Assembly: GCF_006345805.1 (NCBI RefSeq) | Contig: NC_043009.1 | Location: forward strand, 58,838,001-58,902,000 | Reading direction: 5' to 3' | Length of the DNA: 64,000 nucleotides | Origin: Octopus sinensis | Lineage: Eukaryota | Shown: positions 12,894-26,046 of the stretch, in pieces | How the letters are laid out: each line of letters starts with the position of its first letter | Numbering within the stretch: position 1 is the stretch's first letter | Position numbers and translations under genes: made by a program | Notes under the pieces: generated by a model | Seen by the model: the letters and a program-made list of their open reading frames with translations, nothing else | What the model was told of the DNA's origin: nothing | Database searches by the model: none

Positions 12894-13244
12894 CATCGAT
12901 ATGTGTGTGTACGTGTGTATGTGTGTGTGTGTGTGTGTCAATAAATATATCACCTGTTTTCATATATGGACAGTAAACTCCATGTCGTCTGCTTCAGTAA
13001 AAATTTCACGCCTGCTTCGGAAGACATTTTATCTCTGCTTTGATGGTATTTAGTTTGCTCTGAAATATTATGGCTACCGTAGGCTAATGGTTACTTGGCA
13101 CCCCTTCTAGAAGATTCATAAATCTTTCAAGCTAGCTGTTTTGTTCCAGTCACTATCTCATTACGTTTATATAAATTGTCTACTTCTCTTTCTCTCTCTG
13201 TCTCTCTCACTATATGTATGTCTTACCGATACGATTATATTTAG

Positions 13245-13279
<35 letters not shown>

Positions 13280-13616
13280 TATGTGAGTGTACTTACATAT
13301 ATATATATATATATATATATCTATATATATATGTACTTACATATATATAAACATATATATAAACATATATAAATATACCTTTACATCATACCATCTCTTC
13401 CTCACATTCTCTCCCACTCGCTCTCACTTTCATTCTGTATATGCATATGTATGTGTATGTGTGTGTGTGTTAGAGTGTGTGTGTATGTGTATGTATGTGT
13501 GTACGCCTGTGTTTCATGCGTCTATGTATGTGTGTCTTTGTTATCCCTTCATCCAGTCATCCATCCGTCTGTCGGTATGTGGGACAATTATGTATCCATC
13601 CATCCATCTATCTATC

Positions 13617-13670
<54 letters not shown>

Positions 13671-13679
13671 CATCTATCC

Positions 13680-13725
<46 letters not shown>

Positions 13726-13757
13726 TTGTCTGCCTGTTTGCGTATCTACACGCATTT

Positions 13758-13806
<49 letters not shown>

Positions 13807-13964
13807 TATATGTATAGATGTATATACATAAATATACGTGTGTGCCTGTGTGTATATGTGTGTGTGTCTGTGTGCTGTCGTGCATGTTTGTATATGACTG
13901 TCTCCTATGCGCCAACTAAATTTGCCACATTCTGTATTCCTCGCATCCTGTGCTCCTACCACCA

Positions 13965-14013
13965 TAACCACGCTCACCCATACCGTTACCACTACTGCTG
14001 CTACTACTTCTAT

Positions 14014-14065
<52 letters not shown>

Positions 14066-14895
14066 GCTGCTACTTCTACTACTACTGCAACTACTACAAC
14101 TACTACAACTGTTACTACTTCTACTTCTGACACCACCACCACCACAACAAAACAACCAGCATCACTACCACCAGCATCAACAACGACACTAGTACCTTCA
14201 CCACAGTCTACATAGCCACCACCACCACCACCGCATCCAACAGAACCACCTCTACTACTACTTCTACTATCCTCCAACGCCACCACCACACCCAGAACCA
14301 CCATCACTGCCAGTACCGTCAACGCCGTCACCACCAGTACCAGTACCCACCACCACCACCAATGACACCACTGCCACGAACACCACCACCACCACGAACA
14401 CCACCACCACCACGAACACCACCACCATCAACACTAGCACTAATATAGAAACCGTTGCCACACCTATCTCCACAACCACCACCACAACCGATGCCACCTC
14501 TACCACCACCAGTACTAATATTGCCCCCATTGCCACCGCTGCCACACCTACCACCACCGCCAACACCGAAACGCCACCACCACCTTCACCACCACCTACC
14601 ATTCACTGTCACCATAGTAACATAGATAGTAAAGATCGAAATGTCACAACACTATTCTTGCAACACATTGAATCGAAATAAAAACTGTGAGTGAGGCAGG
14701 TCGTTGGCGGTGCTGGGGGACGGGTGATGGCTCCGTGTGAAACACGTTGCCTTAGAAACTGCAAACGATGATGATGATGAAGATGATGATGACGATGATG
14801 ACGACGATCATAATGATGATGATGATAATGACGATGATGATGATGATGATGATGACGGTGGTAGTGATGATACGAGGATGAGGAGGAGGAGGAAC
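13965..14895. repeat. Compound trinucleotide microsatellite: (ACT)n, degenerate (ACC)n, (GAT)n, (GAG)n
   Basis: Directly visible. It produces the spurious poly-T/V/Y/S/D ORFs. Confidence 0.95.
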
Positions 14896-15067
14896 AGAAA
14901 GGAAGGACCTAGAACTAGAGAAGAGAAATAGATTTATAGGGGACAGAGAGACAGAGAGCGCGCGGGAGAGAGAGCTCGAGAGAGAGAGAGAGAAAGGGGT
15001 ATATAGACGAACGTATACGTGTGTGCGCGTACGTATGTGTATGAATCGTATATGTATATATATATAC

Positions 15068-15155
<88 letters not shown>

Positions 15156-15309
15156 CATATATATATATATATATACGTGTGTGTATGCGTGTGTATTGTG
15201 TGTGTGCGTGTGTGTGTGCGTGTGTAAATACAGATGTGTGAATATATATATGTACATATATATATGTATATATATACGTATATATATATATATGCATATA
15301 TACGTATGC

Positions 15310-15345
<36 letters not shown>

Positions 15346-15773
15346 TGCGTGTGTATGCTTGCGTATGTAGGTAGAAATGATATACATTGCGAGAAAATAA
15401 GAGTGAGGAACAACAGGGAGAAATTTGTGGCGAAACTAAAATGTATGTATATGGACATAGAGACAAAAGGTTAAAAGAAAAACTTTCACGAGAATGAGGT
15501 TGGAATAAAGGAATATGTGCGTGTGTATTTCTGTGTGTGTATGTATGTATATATATATATTTACATACACACACACACACACATATATATATATACACAT
15601 ATATGTATGTATGTATACATTGTATATACACACATATATCTACACATATATATGTATATATATATATATATATACATATATATACACATATATGTATACA
15701 TATATGTACATATATATACATATATATAAATATATATATATGCATATTATATATATATATATAGTTATATATA

Positions 15774-15828
<55 letters not shown>

Positions 15829-15872
15829 CATATATATATACACATATATGTATATATGTACATATATATACA

Positions 15873-17739
15873 TATGCCAAAAAACACAGAGTCACTGGTT
15901 CTACTGTTGGCCCTCTGATTGATGAAAATGGTACTCTTCAAGACAATGCCAAAACCATGGGAGAGATATTGCAGAAACAATATTGCTCTGTTTTCAGCAA
16001 TCCTGATATGACTGATCTGGACTGTATCAGTGATGTTACTCCCCAATAAACTTTATCGGACTTAACCTTTGGCGCTCCTGATGTCTTAGCAGAAATAAAG
16101 GAAATGAAGCATAATTCAGCAGTAGGTCCCGTTAGGTTCCCTGCTTGTGTCTTGAAGATGTATCAACACCAACTTGCACCCCATCTAGCCAATCTGTGGA
16201 GGAACTCACTGGATGCTGGATATATACCAGAAGACCTTCTATCCCAATGTGTTGCCCCAGTTTTCAAAAAAGGAAACAAATCGCTTGCCGTGAATTACCG
16301 TCCAATCTCACTCACCTCTCATATCATTAAGGTATTTGAGAGAGTGCTGAGATCGCGTATGACTCACTTCTTTGAGAGTCATAATATGCTGAACTCCAAC
16401 CAGCATGGATTCCGTAATGGAAGAGATTGCCTGACGCAGCTACTCCATCATTTTCATGACATTTTGAGAGCCTTGGGAGAGGGTTCCAACACTGATGTCA
16501 TCTACCTTGATTTCAGCAAGGCCTTTGACAGAGTTGATCATAAGATCCTTTTGAGAAAGCTGTTCAATATTGGTGTCACTGGAAAGCTGCTGCAGTGGAT
16601 CAAGTGCTTTCTGTCTTACAGAACCCAACATGCTGTTGTCGAAGGGGTCAAATCCAGCCCAGCCAAAGTCAGCAGTGGTGTCCCACAAGGCACTGTGCTG
16701 GGCCCACTTCTCTTCATCATCTACATTAATGATATTACTGACACCATCAAACACAGTAACATCAGCACCTTCGCTGATGATTCCAAGCTCCAGAAGGTCA
16801 TCAATGGCGTGGATGACCGAATAAGCCTTCAGTCAGACCTACTGGCTGTTGTCCAATGGGCGCAAAAGAACAACATGTTGCTAAATGAAGACAAATTCGA
16901 ACTGATCCACTTTGGAAGTGAGGACGCTCTGAAACTCCCATACTCCCTTCCTTCTCGAGAAATTCTCATGGCGTCTAACAACATCAGAGACTTGGGAGTA
17001 ACAGTGGACAACAACATAAGCTGGGCTACACATATAAGCAGCAAAGTTGACATGGCCCGCTGAATGTGTTCCTGGATTCTCAGAAGCTTCCAGTCAAGAG
17101 ATTCCCACACCATTATCCTTCTCTTCTCCACTTTTGCCCGACCCCACCTTGAATACTGCTGTCCACTGTAGTCTCCCTACACAAAACAAAATGTTATGAG
17201 AATTGAAGCTCCCCAAAGGTCAATCACAAAAAAGATAGATGGCATGTCAGACCTTGACTACTGGGGTAGACTAGAGAAACTGAAACTGTATTCACTCCAA
17301 CGAGCCCGTGAACGCTACATTATCTGTATGATGTGAAAAATATTCCATCAGCACTGTCCGAATGATGTTGGCATCACCTTCAAAATACATGCAAGGCTTG
17401 AACCACGTGCCATCCGTCCACAACAAAAATCTAAATCGCATCACATAACGACAATACGGCACAGTTATTTCTCCTCAATTGGGCCCGCTCTCTTCAATAT
17501 TACACCAGGACACGTCAAAACAGAAACTGACCAAACAAAATTCAAGAAGTCTTTGGAAAAACTCCTTCAAACAGTCCCGGACTAACCACCCACATCTGGA
17601 TATGTCTCCGCAAACAATAACTCTCTGCTCGAATGGGCCTCGGTGCCCAAATCCTGAATTGAAATTGAAGGTTGTGCTATTAAGTTAGACATGGCCTGAG
17701 CCAATGCTGGCCAAAACCTTTCTAAGTTATTCTAAGTTA
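15873..17739 (+). mobile_element. 5'-truncated CR1-group LINE inserted in a (TA)n tract
   Basis: ORF2 remnant runs from [20 protein letters not shown] to ...ANNNSLLEWASVPKS*, followed by a short 3' UTR ending in the tandem (TTCTAAGTTA)2 at 17720-17739. Confidence 0.92.
16104..17063 (+). pseudogene. Reverse transcriptase domain of the CR1-type LINE (ORF2 fragment)
   Basis: Motifs NYRPISLTS, QHGFR, YLDFSKAFDRV, SGVPQGTVLGPLLF, FADD and RDLGV. The frame continues past premature stops (TGA at 17061, TAG in LEYCCPL*SP, TGA in MM*KI). Confidence 0.95.
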
Positions 17740-17812
17740 TATGTATACATATATATACATATATATAAATATATATATATGTATATATATATGTATATAT
17801 AAATGTATATAT

Positions 17813-18154
17813 TACGGAGATGTACTCGCATAGCAAGTAATTTGATCTGAGATCGTGTGCTGAAACGAAAACAATTGCAGCGCGTGGAAGGTGTTTATAA
17901 GCCATTTAAGAAACACACCAAAGCCGTTCGATCACTCCAACATTTAAGTTTATTTGTCAAAATATTTTCGTCGCTAAAATCCGCGACCTGTTCACTGACA
18001 AAGTCCGAGATGCAGCACGGACTTTGTCAGTGAACAGGTCGCGGATTTTAGCGACGAAAATATTTTGACAAATTAAACTTAAATGTTGGAGTGAATCGAA
18101 CGGCTTTTGTGTGTTTCTTAAATGGCTTATAAACACCTTCCACGCTGCAATTGT
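17813..18154. mobile_element. Palindromic element (family H1) with about 137-bp inverted arms, hammerhead-bearing, in (TA)n
   Basis: Arms 17871-18007 and 18018-18154 are near-perfect reverse complements around a 10-nt spacer. A second copy lies at 19386-19619. Confidence 0.85.
18023..18072 (+). ncRNA. Minimal type I hammerhead ribozyme motif with G3-C8 swapped core
   Basis: tttgtca GTGAACA g gtcgc-ggatttta-gcgac GAA aatatt T tgacaaa: 7-bp stem I, 5-bp stem II and palindromic stem III. A mirror copy lies on the minus strand at about 17953-18002. Confidence 0.6.
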
Positions 18155-18164
18155 AATGTATAAT

Positions 18165-18198
<34 letters not shown>

Positions 18199-18295
18199 AT
18201 ATATAATATATTATATATATATATTATATTATTATATATATATATATATATATCTATATTATCGTTATATTTCGGAATGGTCATATATATGTATA

Positions 18296-18395
18296 NNNNN
18301 NNNNNNNNNNNNNNNNNNNNNNNNNNNNNNNNNNNNNNNNNNNNNNNNNNNNNNNNNNNNNNNNNNNNNNNNNNNNNNNNNNNNNNNNNNNNNNN
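18296..18395. other. Assembly gap (100 N)
   Basis: Run of N. Confidence 1.
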
Positions 18396-18423
18396 AATAA
18401 TAGTAATAATAATAATAATAATG

Positions 18424-18499
<76 letters not shown>

Positions 18500-18522
18500 C
18501 AATAATAATGATGATAATTTTC

Positions 18523-18583
<61 letters not shown>

Positions 18584-18616
18584 TAATAATAATAATAATG
18601 ATAAATAATAATAATA
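18396..18616. repeat. (AAT)n microsatellite
   Basis: Directly visible. Confidence 0.97.
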
Positions 18617-19008
18617 AACAATGGTAACACTAACAGCATTGATGGTTTTAACGCCAATAATAACAATTTTACTAACTTCATTAGTTTTAACACCATTAAT
18701 TTTTTCTTTCGGTTTTCATATTTTTAATTTGATTCATTATTATTATTAGTATTTCTTCATAACTCCCAGTGGATTATTCTCCAGAGGACACCATGTCGTT
18801 TCTTGTATTATTTCTGCGTCAGCATGTGATATTCACTGACTGTATGAGCAACACACTTTCCCTCTTCTGGTTAACGTAACATCCAAACCAGAAGGACGCA
18901 TAACCTAGTGGTCAGGCTGTTGCACTCGTGAACGCCAGATAGTGGTTTCAATTCCTAGACACGTGCTGCATTGGGTTCTTGAGCAAAACACTTCATCCCT
19001 CGATGCTC

Positions 19009-19073
<65 letters not shown>

Positions 19074-19189
19074 ACAGCAGCAGCAGAAGGAGTAGTTATG
19101 ATTTCTATGAACTGCCCTACGAAATTTTCTTTGAAACATAATTGTTTAGCTTTTACTGGTTCTAATCACTAGACTCTGACCAGGCTGGG

Positions 19190-19696
19190 GCACCGCCTTG
19201 AATTTCTAGTCGATGAATGGACCCCCCAGTACTTATTGTTATAGCCTGGTACTTATTCTATCGGACTGTTTTGCCGAACCGATAAGTTATTGGAACATAA
19301 ACACACCAACAGCGTTTGTCCAGTGGTAACGGGGGACAAAGACACAGACAGACACACAAGTATATATATATATATATTATATATACAATTGCAGCGACCT
19401 GTTCACTGACAAAAGTCCGTGCTGAGATTTTTGTTAGTGAACAGGTCGCAGATTTTAGCGACGAAAATAGTTTGACAAATTAAACTTAAATGTTGAAGCG
19501 AATCGAACGGCTTTTGTGTGTTTCTTAAATGGCTTACAAACACCTTCCACGCTGCAATAGTTTTCGTTCCAGCACACGATCTCAGATCAAATCACTTGCT
19601 ATGCGAGTACATCTCCGTATATATATTTACGGCCAGATTCTTTCTGTTTCCGTCTACCAAATACCCTTACAAGGCTTTGGTCGGCCCGGGGCTATA
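19190..19696 (-). mobile_element. Family C SINE remnant interrupted by a family H1 element
   Basis: SINE tail at 19190-19360 and CORE-side part at 19630-19696 flank an insertion in the internal (TA)n. Confidence 0.75.
19386..19619 (+). mobile_element. Second family H1 element (short inverted arm plus full arm), with G3-C8 hammerhead motif at 19430-19479
   Basis: tttgttaGTGAACAggtcgcagattttagcgacGAAaatagtttgacaaa. The body matches 17813-18154. Confidence 0.8.
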
Positions 19697-20326
19697 TTGA
19701 TGTTGACGAAATATATATTAACTGACCATTTGTACTCTGCTTTTTCTGCCCTTCCACCCAAATCAATACCAGCAGGATTTGAACACAGAAAGGAAAACAT
19801 TTCCAGAGACTTTTAAACCGGGAACGCAAATGAATGACGCGAATAGCTCAAGGCATTTCGTTTAGCTATCTTCAGATTCTGCCAGTAATAATCATAATAA
19901 GACAGAGAGATCAAAAACAGAGCGCCTGCTCAACAATCTTAATCAAAGATAGAAATTAAAGCTGTGTATTTTTCTAGAGTCCGAAGTTGTCTCTTAAGAG
20001 CAAAACATCGACCGGAAGGAAGTTTCATGACGTTCAATTTAGGCGGAGCGCGAAATGGAAATACGCACATTATGAAGTATTAAAACATACATACAACATA
20101 TATAAACATGGCCACACACTTCTACATACGCAAGTCTGCAAGTGTGCAGATAAGAGGGTGTATATATATATATATATATATATAGAATATATATGTATGT
20201 ATGTATGTGTGGTGTATGTATATGTGTTATATGTATATATGTATGTATGAGATGGTAAGTATCTATATGTATGCATGAAATTTATATATTTAATTTATGT
20301 ATATATATATATGTATATATGTATGT

Positions 20327-20376
<50 letters not shown>

Positions 20377-20783
20377 ATATACAGATATATATGCATAAAA
20401 TTTCATGTCGATGCATATGAGCGTTTATATTCGGTTAGCCATAAAATTCCCTGCACTAAGCCATAAACGTGGTACTGTAATTAATGTCCGGTTGTCAATC
20501 TTCTCCCATTATGCAAATCATTTTATTCCTAGGTACAATATTGTTTACATTTTAATAAGTAGCTTCCAGCTACTGACATCCGTAGTCTGTGAAAGAATAG
20601 TAGGCGAATCTTGAGGACTTGGCAAATTGCAATGAAACCAGTGTGCATTCTTCATCACCCTCATGCAAAAATTTAATAGAAAAAGTAATTACCCATAAAT
20701 ATATATCAGTACAATTGTAATTTGTAGTTCTTATACTCACATATATAAGCTTATGTATGTGTGTGTAAGCGTATACATTTAAG

Positions 20784-20864
<81 letters not shown>

Positions 20865-20871
20865 ATAATAT

Positions 20872-20910
<39 letters not shown>

Positions 20911-20918
20911 TATATATA

Positions 20919-21348
20919 GGCGCAGGAGTGGCTGTGGTGTGGTAAGTAGCTTGCTAACTAACCACATGGTTCTGGGTTCAGTCTCACTGCGTGGCATCTT
21001 GGGCAAGTGTCTTCTGCTATAGCCCCTGGTCGACCAATGCCTTGTGAGTGGATTTGGTAGACGGAAACTGAAAGAAGCCTGTCGTATATATGTGATATAT
21101 ATATATATATATATATACATGTGTGTGTGTGTTTGTATGTCTGTGTTTGTCCCCCTAGCATTGCTTGACAACAGATGCTGGTGTGTTTACGTCCCCGTCA
21201 CTTAGCGGTTCGGCAAAAGAGACCGATAGAATAAGTACTGGGCTTACAAAGAATAAGTCCCGGGGTCGATTTGCTCGACTAAAGGCGGTGCTCCAGCATG
21301 GCCGCAGTCAAATGACTGAAACAAGTAAAAGAGTAAAAGAGTAAAAGA
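20919..21348 (+). mobile_element. Full-length family C SINE
   Basis: Runs from ggcgcaggagtggctgtggtgtggtaag to (gtaaaaga)n, and is inserted in (TA)n. Confidence 0.92.
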
Positions 21349-21569
21349 TATATATATATCTTTCAGATTTGGTTATGGGAAACGTTTTGAATATGTAAAT
21401 AAAATTCTTATTCCATTACACCGCTAACCGTCTTATGATGCTAGCTAGTGAGACAGTTTTTTGGGGGTTGCATCAAGTTTTACCGATATAATATAGGATA
21501 AATTATCCTACAATGGAATTACAATTCCGTAAATGAGGAAACCACAGGGCTGCAGATGTCAAGAAAATT

Positions 21570-22210
21570 CTCAAACAACTACTTTTCGTTAAACCAGGGG
21601 TGTAGCTAGAAGTCGATGCCTGCTGCCCCATGTGACTTTCCAGCAGTCAGGTTTTGGCCAAAGACTCCGGCGTCTCCACATTAATATTTGAATTGAGTTG
21701 CAGACCCCGTTCAAAGATGTGGCGATGTATGACGTCGCCTTCACTGGAGAAACAAACAGAGACCAACACACCTTTGAACAACTTGGTTTTCATGATGCGT
21801 GGGGCATCACAAGGCTAGTAGTGAAGCCACCTCTTGTTCTGGGTGTTGTGTAATTCGTCCTAAAAGAATAATTTTTGAGAACCAGATTGCCGGTTGAACT
21901 GAATGTCTCAGCTACTTCAGAAAACTGTTTGCCTTCGCCAATCAGTTCTCCTTGCCTTTGCACATCGCGTACGAGTTGTAGCGAAGGTCCTCCGTCCTAG
22001 AGACCTTCATGCTGGCAACTCCAAAATTCATTTCACTCGCCAAAGCTCGGATTCCCTTGCTCGGATCTTCTATCATTCCCTCAGCTTGTCCTGCAATTTG
22101 TTCATGAATTTCACCGTGCTAACGCAGATAGAATGCCTGAGGTCACCCTTCTTGCTAGCGACGACTTCGAAAGCATTGAACAGCTGTCATGATGTCGGAA
22201 TTTTAACACC
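21570..22210 (-). mobile_element. Decayed Tc1/mariner-superfamily transposase (maT/DD37D-like)
   Basis: Minus-strand fragments IEDPSKGIRALASEM...EDLRYNSYAM...PRIMKTKLFKGVLVSVCFSSEGDVIHRHIFERGLQLNS resemble VMKTKFP..VMV.g.vSSEGDVMPPH.F..GL.lN. Confidence 0.7.
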
Positions 22211-22554
22211 AGATTCGAATCACCAAAAGGCAAGATAAAATAAAATGTAATTCTTTTCCAATTATCAGATGGATTCCCTTCCTCTATATCAGCTAACTTT
22301 TACTAAAATACAACTTTAATCCCTATGCTCTCCAACGCCATTGACTGTTTGCATATATATCACACTGATCGTAAAAAGGAAGCGTAAAATACCGTCAAAT
22401 GTTGCGAGTGTACGTCTAATTGACTTTTATATTGACTTTTCGTCGTTTGTTATTTTCCGCATTTTCTTTTATTTTGCATTTCCCTATATACACGTATATA
22501 TATCTATCTACACACACACACACATATGTATGTGTGTGTGTAGATATGTATATA

Positions 22555-22605
<51 letters not shown>

Positions 22606-22658
22606 TATACACATCTATATGTCTATATATATATATATATATATAAATGTGTATATTA

Positions 22659-22731
<73 letters not shown>

Positions 22732-22734
22732 CCA

Positions 22735-22900
22735 CTACACATTCTTTATTTTCTCTCTTTGTTTCTTTCTGTATTCCTTTCTGTGGGAAAAGCGTAGACT
22801 CGAAACGTTAAAGACTTTTTCACTTCCCGAGCGTTATACTAATACATCAGTTTATTGTTTACACCACTTGTCTTCGTCTTTTTTTTGTGAATTCTCCCTA
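22735..22900 (+). mobile_element. Family H4 short repeat with hammerhead-like motif (22777-22813)
   Basis: cttt ctgtggga aaagc gtag actc gaa acgt t aaag. Homologous to 8590, 36075 and 45415, and flanked by (TA)n. Confidence 0.7.
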
Positions 22901-23556
22901 TATATATATGCAGAGAAAGATAGAGAGAGAGAGAGAAAGAGGTAGACTCATATCAAGTATACTGTCTTACACACACACACATTTGTGCGGGTGCACGCGC
23001 GCTTCTGTATATATCTGTTTGTTCACGTATTTGTTTACATCTGTCTATATCCGTGTATTTCCAGTACGATGCGATTTCAACAATGACCATTGTTTTTACC
23101 GCTGTTCTATTTACCCGCTAGCTACTCAGCACATCTTTCACCAGCTCAGCAGTTAATTAAATATTTTGTTTGTTTTGTTTTTTACTAACTAGCTACTAAC
23201 TAGTTTAACTTTGTACATGATTCGGTATTTACTGTCTACTTTCGTTATTATTTTGAAAATCTCTCCTGAACCACCCTTCGCCTCTGTCATCGATTCCTAT
23301 CACAGGAAAGGTCTATAGCAGGCCAAAGGAATGGCTCGCTTTAATTAATTACTAATTAAATATTGACTAATTATATTAGCAGCAGCGTCGTCCACTCTGT
23401 ATTGTTTGTCTTCCCAACACGCACACATACTGACACTCATACACACATATATGTTCAAAGGTTCCTACATATACGCACACATTATACACATACTCTCAAT
23501 CTTCTTTCACTCTATAATGCAGTCATATATGTTCACACACACACACACACACACAC

Positions 23557-23626
<70 letters not shown>

Positions 23627-24091
23627 TATATATATAGTGTGTGTGTGTGTGCGTGTGTGTCAACAGAGAGAGAGATACATACATTCATGTATTAACATTG
23701 ACGTATAGATGCATACATATACATACATTTTTGCATATAAATTCCTATATATATGCACATATAGGTGCACGTACATGCACACAAACACTGACATATTTAC
23801 AGACGCATCTACGAAAACATGTACAACCACAGTAAACCCGGCTCTCACCCTACCACCTATCGTCCACGTATTACGCTTCCGGGCAGTCTTCACATCCAGT
23901 AATTTTGTCAATATAACTCAATGAAATTTCATGTTTTTAGTCGAAGTCTGGAGATTGATGTCGCTGGACGTTGGTTTAAATATTCGTTTGATTGTCTTGC
24001 AATATTGAATAACATAATTACGTAGAATCCTTAATGGGAATACAAAGCGGTGACAGTTCATTGGGAAATTAACACTGTGCTTTATCTCGGT

Positions 24092-24340
24092 GTGGAGTCG
24101 CGTGGCTTAGTGGTTAGGGTGTCAGCATCATGATCGTAAGATTATGGTTTCGATTCCTGGACCGGGCGACGCGTTGTGTTCTTGAGCAAAACACTTCATT
24201 TCACGTTGCTCCAGTCCACTCAGCTGGCAAAAATGAGTAACGCTGCGATGGACTGGCGTCCCGTCCAGCTGGGGAAGACATGCGCCATAGAAACCGGGAA
24301 ACCGGGCCTATGAACCTGGATAGGCTTTAAAAGGGCGCAA
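24092..24340 (+). mobile_element. tRNA-derived SINE, head B (CORE-like) + tail T1, followed by an inverted family C head fragment to 24437
   Basis: gtggcttagtggttaggg (A box), ggtttcgattcc (B box) and gtgttcttgagcaaaacacttcatttcacgttgctccagtccactcagctg. Confidence 0.85.
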
Positions 24341-24567
24341 ATATTTACTTCTACCCAAGGCGCCACGCAGTGGATCTGAACCTGGAACCATGTGGTTGGT
24401 AAGCAAGCTACTTGCCACACAGCCTCTCCTATGCCTATGCTGTACTGTATTTTACGTCCATATTATTACACGTCATTTTCACCAAACATTGTCTAGTGAA
24501 ACTTCCGCTTTATGAAAAAAGCAAACAAACAAAGAAAAACTTTGTGAAAACAAAGAAACAACAACAA

Positions 24568-24792
24568 TACCTATTTCTTTACTACCCACAAGAGGCTAAA
24601 CACAGAGGGGACAAACAAGGACAGACAAACGGATTAAGTCGATTATATCGACCCCAGTGCGTAACTGTTACTTAATTTATCGACGCCGAAAGGATGAAAG
24701 GCAAAGTCGACCTCGGCGGAATTTGAACTCAGAACATATCGGCAGACGAAATACAGCTACGCATTTCGCCCGGCGTTTCTGCCAGCTCACCC
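24568..24792 (-). mobile_element. Family M SINE
   Basis: Reverse complement of the family M consensus. Confidence 0.85.
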
Positions 24793-25065
24793 TCTTCAAA
24801 AAAAAAAAACAATAACATCAGTAACCATACCAACAAAAACAGACATTTTACTTGATTTTAAATGTCGAAGAGAAATCTCAAAAGCTGAATAGAGATCGAA
24901 AAGTGTTAGATGATGTATCCAATGAACTGATTGGGTCCTAGCATTCCCTGTCTCTAGAAGATGCAATCAATACAAGCAACTTGTTATACTCTCTGATCGA
25001 TTTCAATCAACCCAAATAACTGCAAAGCCCGTAGAAATTTGACTCGTATGTTCTCAGAATAGATC

Positions 25066-25066
<1 letters not shown>

Positions 25067-25101
<35 letters not shown>

Positions 25102-25197
25102 AATAATATGATATTGATGATGATGATGATGATGATAAGAATAACAATGATGATGATGATAATGGTAATAATAATAATAATGATAATAATGATAATA

Positions 25198-25251
<54 letters not shown>

Positions 25252-25320
25252 TGATGATGATGATGATAATAATTATGATAATAATAATGGTAATAATAAT
25301 AATCGATGAATCGATAATGA
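25067..25320. repeat. (AAT)n/(GAT)n compound microsatellite
   Basis: Directly visible. Confidence 0.95.
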
Positions 25321-25649
25321 ATAAATATTAAATTATATTATCATAACATTTCATAAAGTCGACGAACACACGCCACCACACGTCACATGAATGCGTGTGT
25401 GCTTGCGTATGTATGCTCGGGTATATGCGTGTATTTGTGTATGTATCTATGTATGTATGTATGTATGTATGTATATATATATATATATAAATATACATAT
25501 ATATATATTTATATATATATATATATATATATACATACATATACACACAATCATGCAAAGTCAAATTTATGCATGTATATATCTATTTTTGTCTCTAAAC
25601 GTATATGTGCGTGTGTGTATGTGTATGCCTAAGTTTAGCTGTATTATAA

Positions 25650-25691
<42 letters not shown>

Positions 25692-25957
25692 TATATCTAT
25701 ATATATTATATATATATATTTATATATATTTATATATATGCATATTATATATGTATTAAGTTTTCTTTTATGCAAATTAATATTGATTGATTTTTAATAC
25801 ATATATTCTTTTGATTAACTAATATAATGGAATAATAAAAAGATTCGCTCCCTCTCTCTCTATCTCTCTCTCTTTCTCTCTCTCTCACTTTTCTCCCATT
25901 CCTGTGTTTATATCCATGTATGTATGAACGTAAGTACACATGTACCTGTATTTGTGC

Positions 25958-26046
<89 letters not shown>

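Noticed and set aside
13907-14602. Mucin-like Thr-rich ORFs (also 46273-46620 and 63490-63825)
   Set aside because: Degenerate (ACT)/(ACC) repeats that are common in this window, with no convincing splice context or flanking domains.
12503-15922. Long ORFs rich in YI/VC/HT or poly-V/T/Y (for example 14915-15895, 326 aa)
   Set aside because: These are translations of (TA)n, (CA)n and trinucleotide microsatellites, which lack stop codons in some frames. There is no protein signal.
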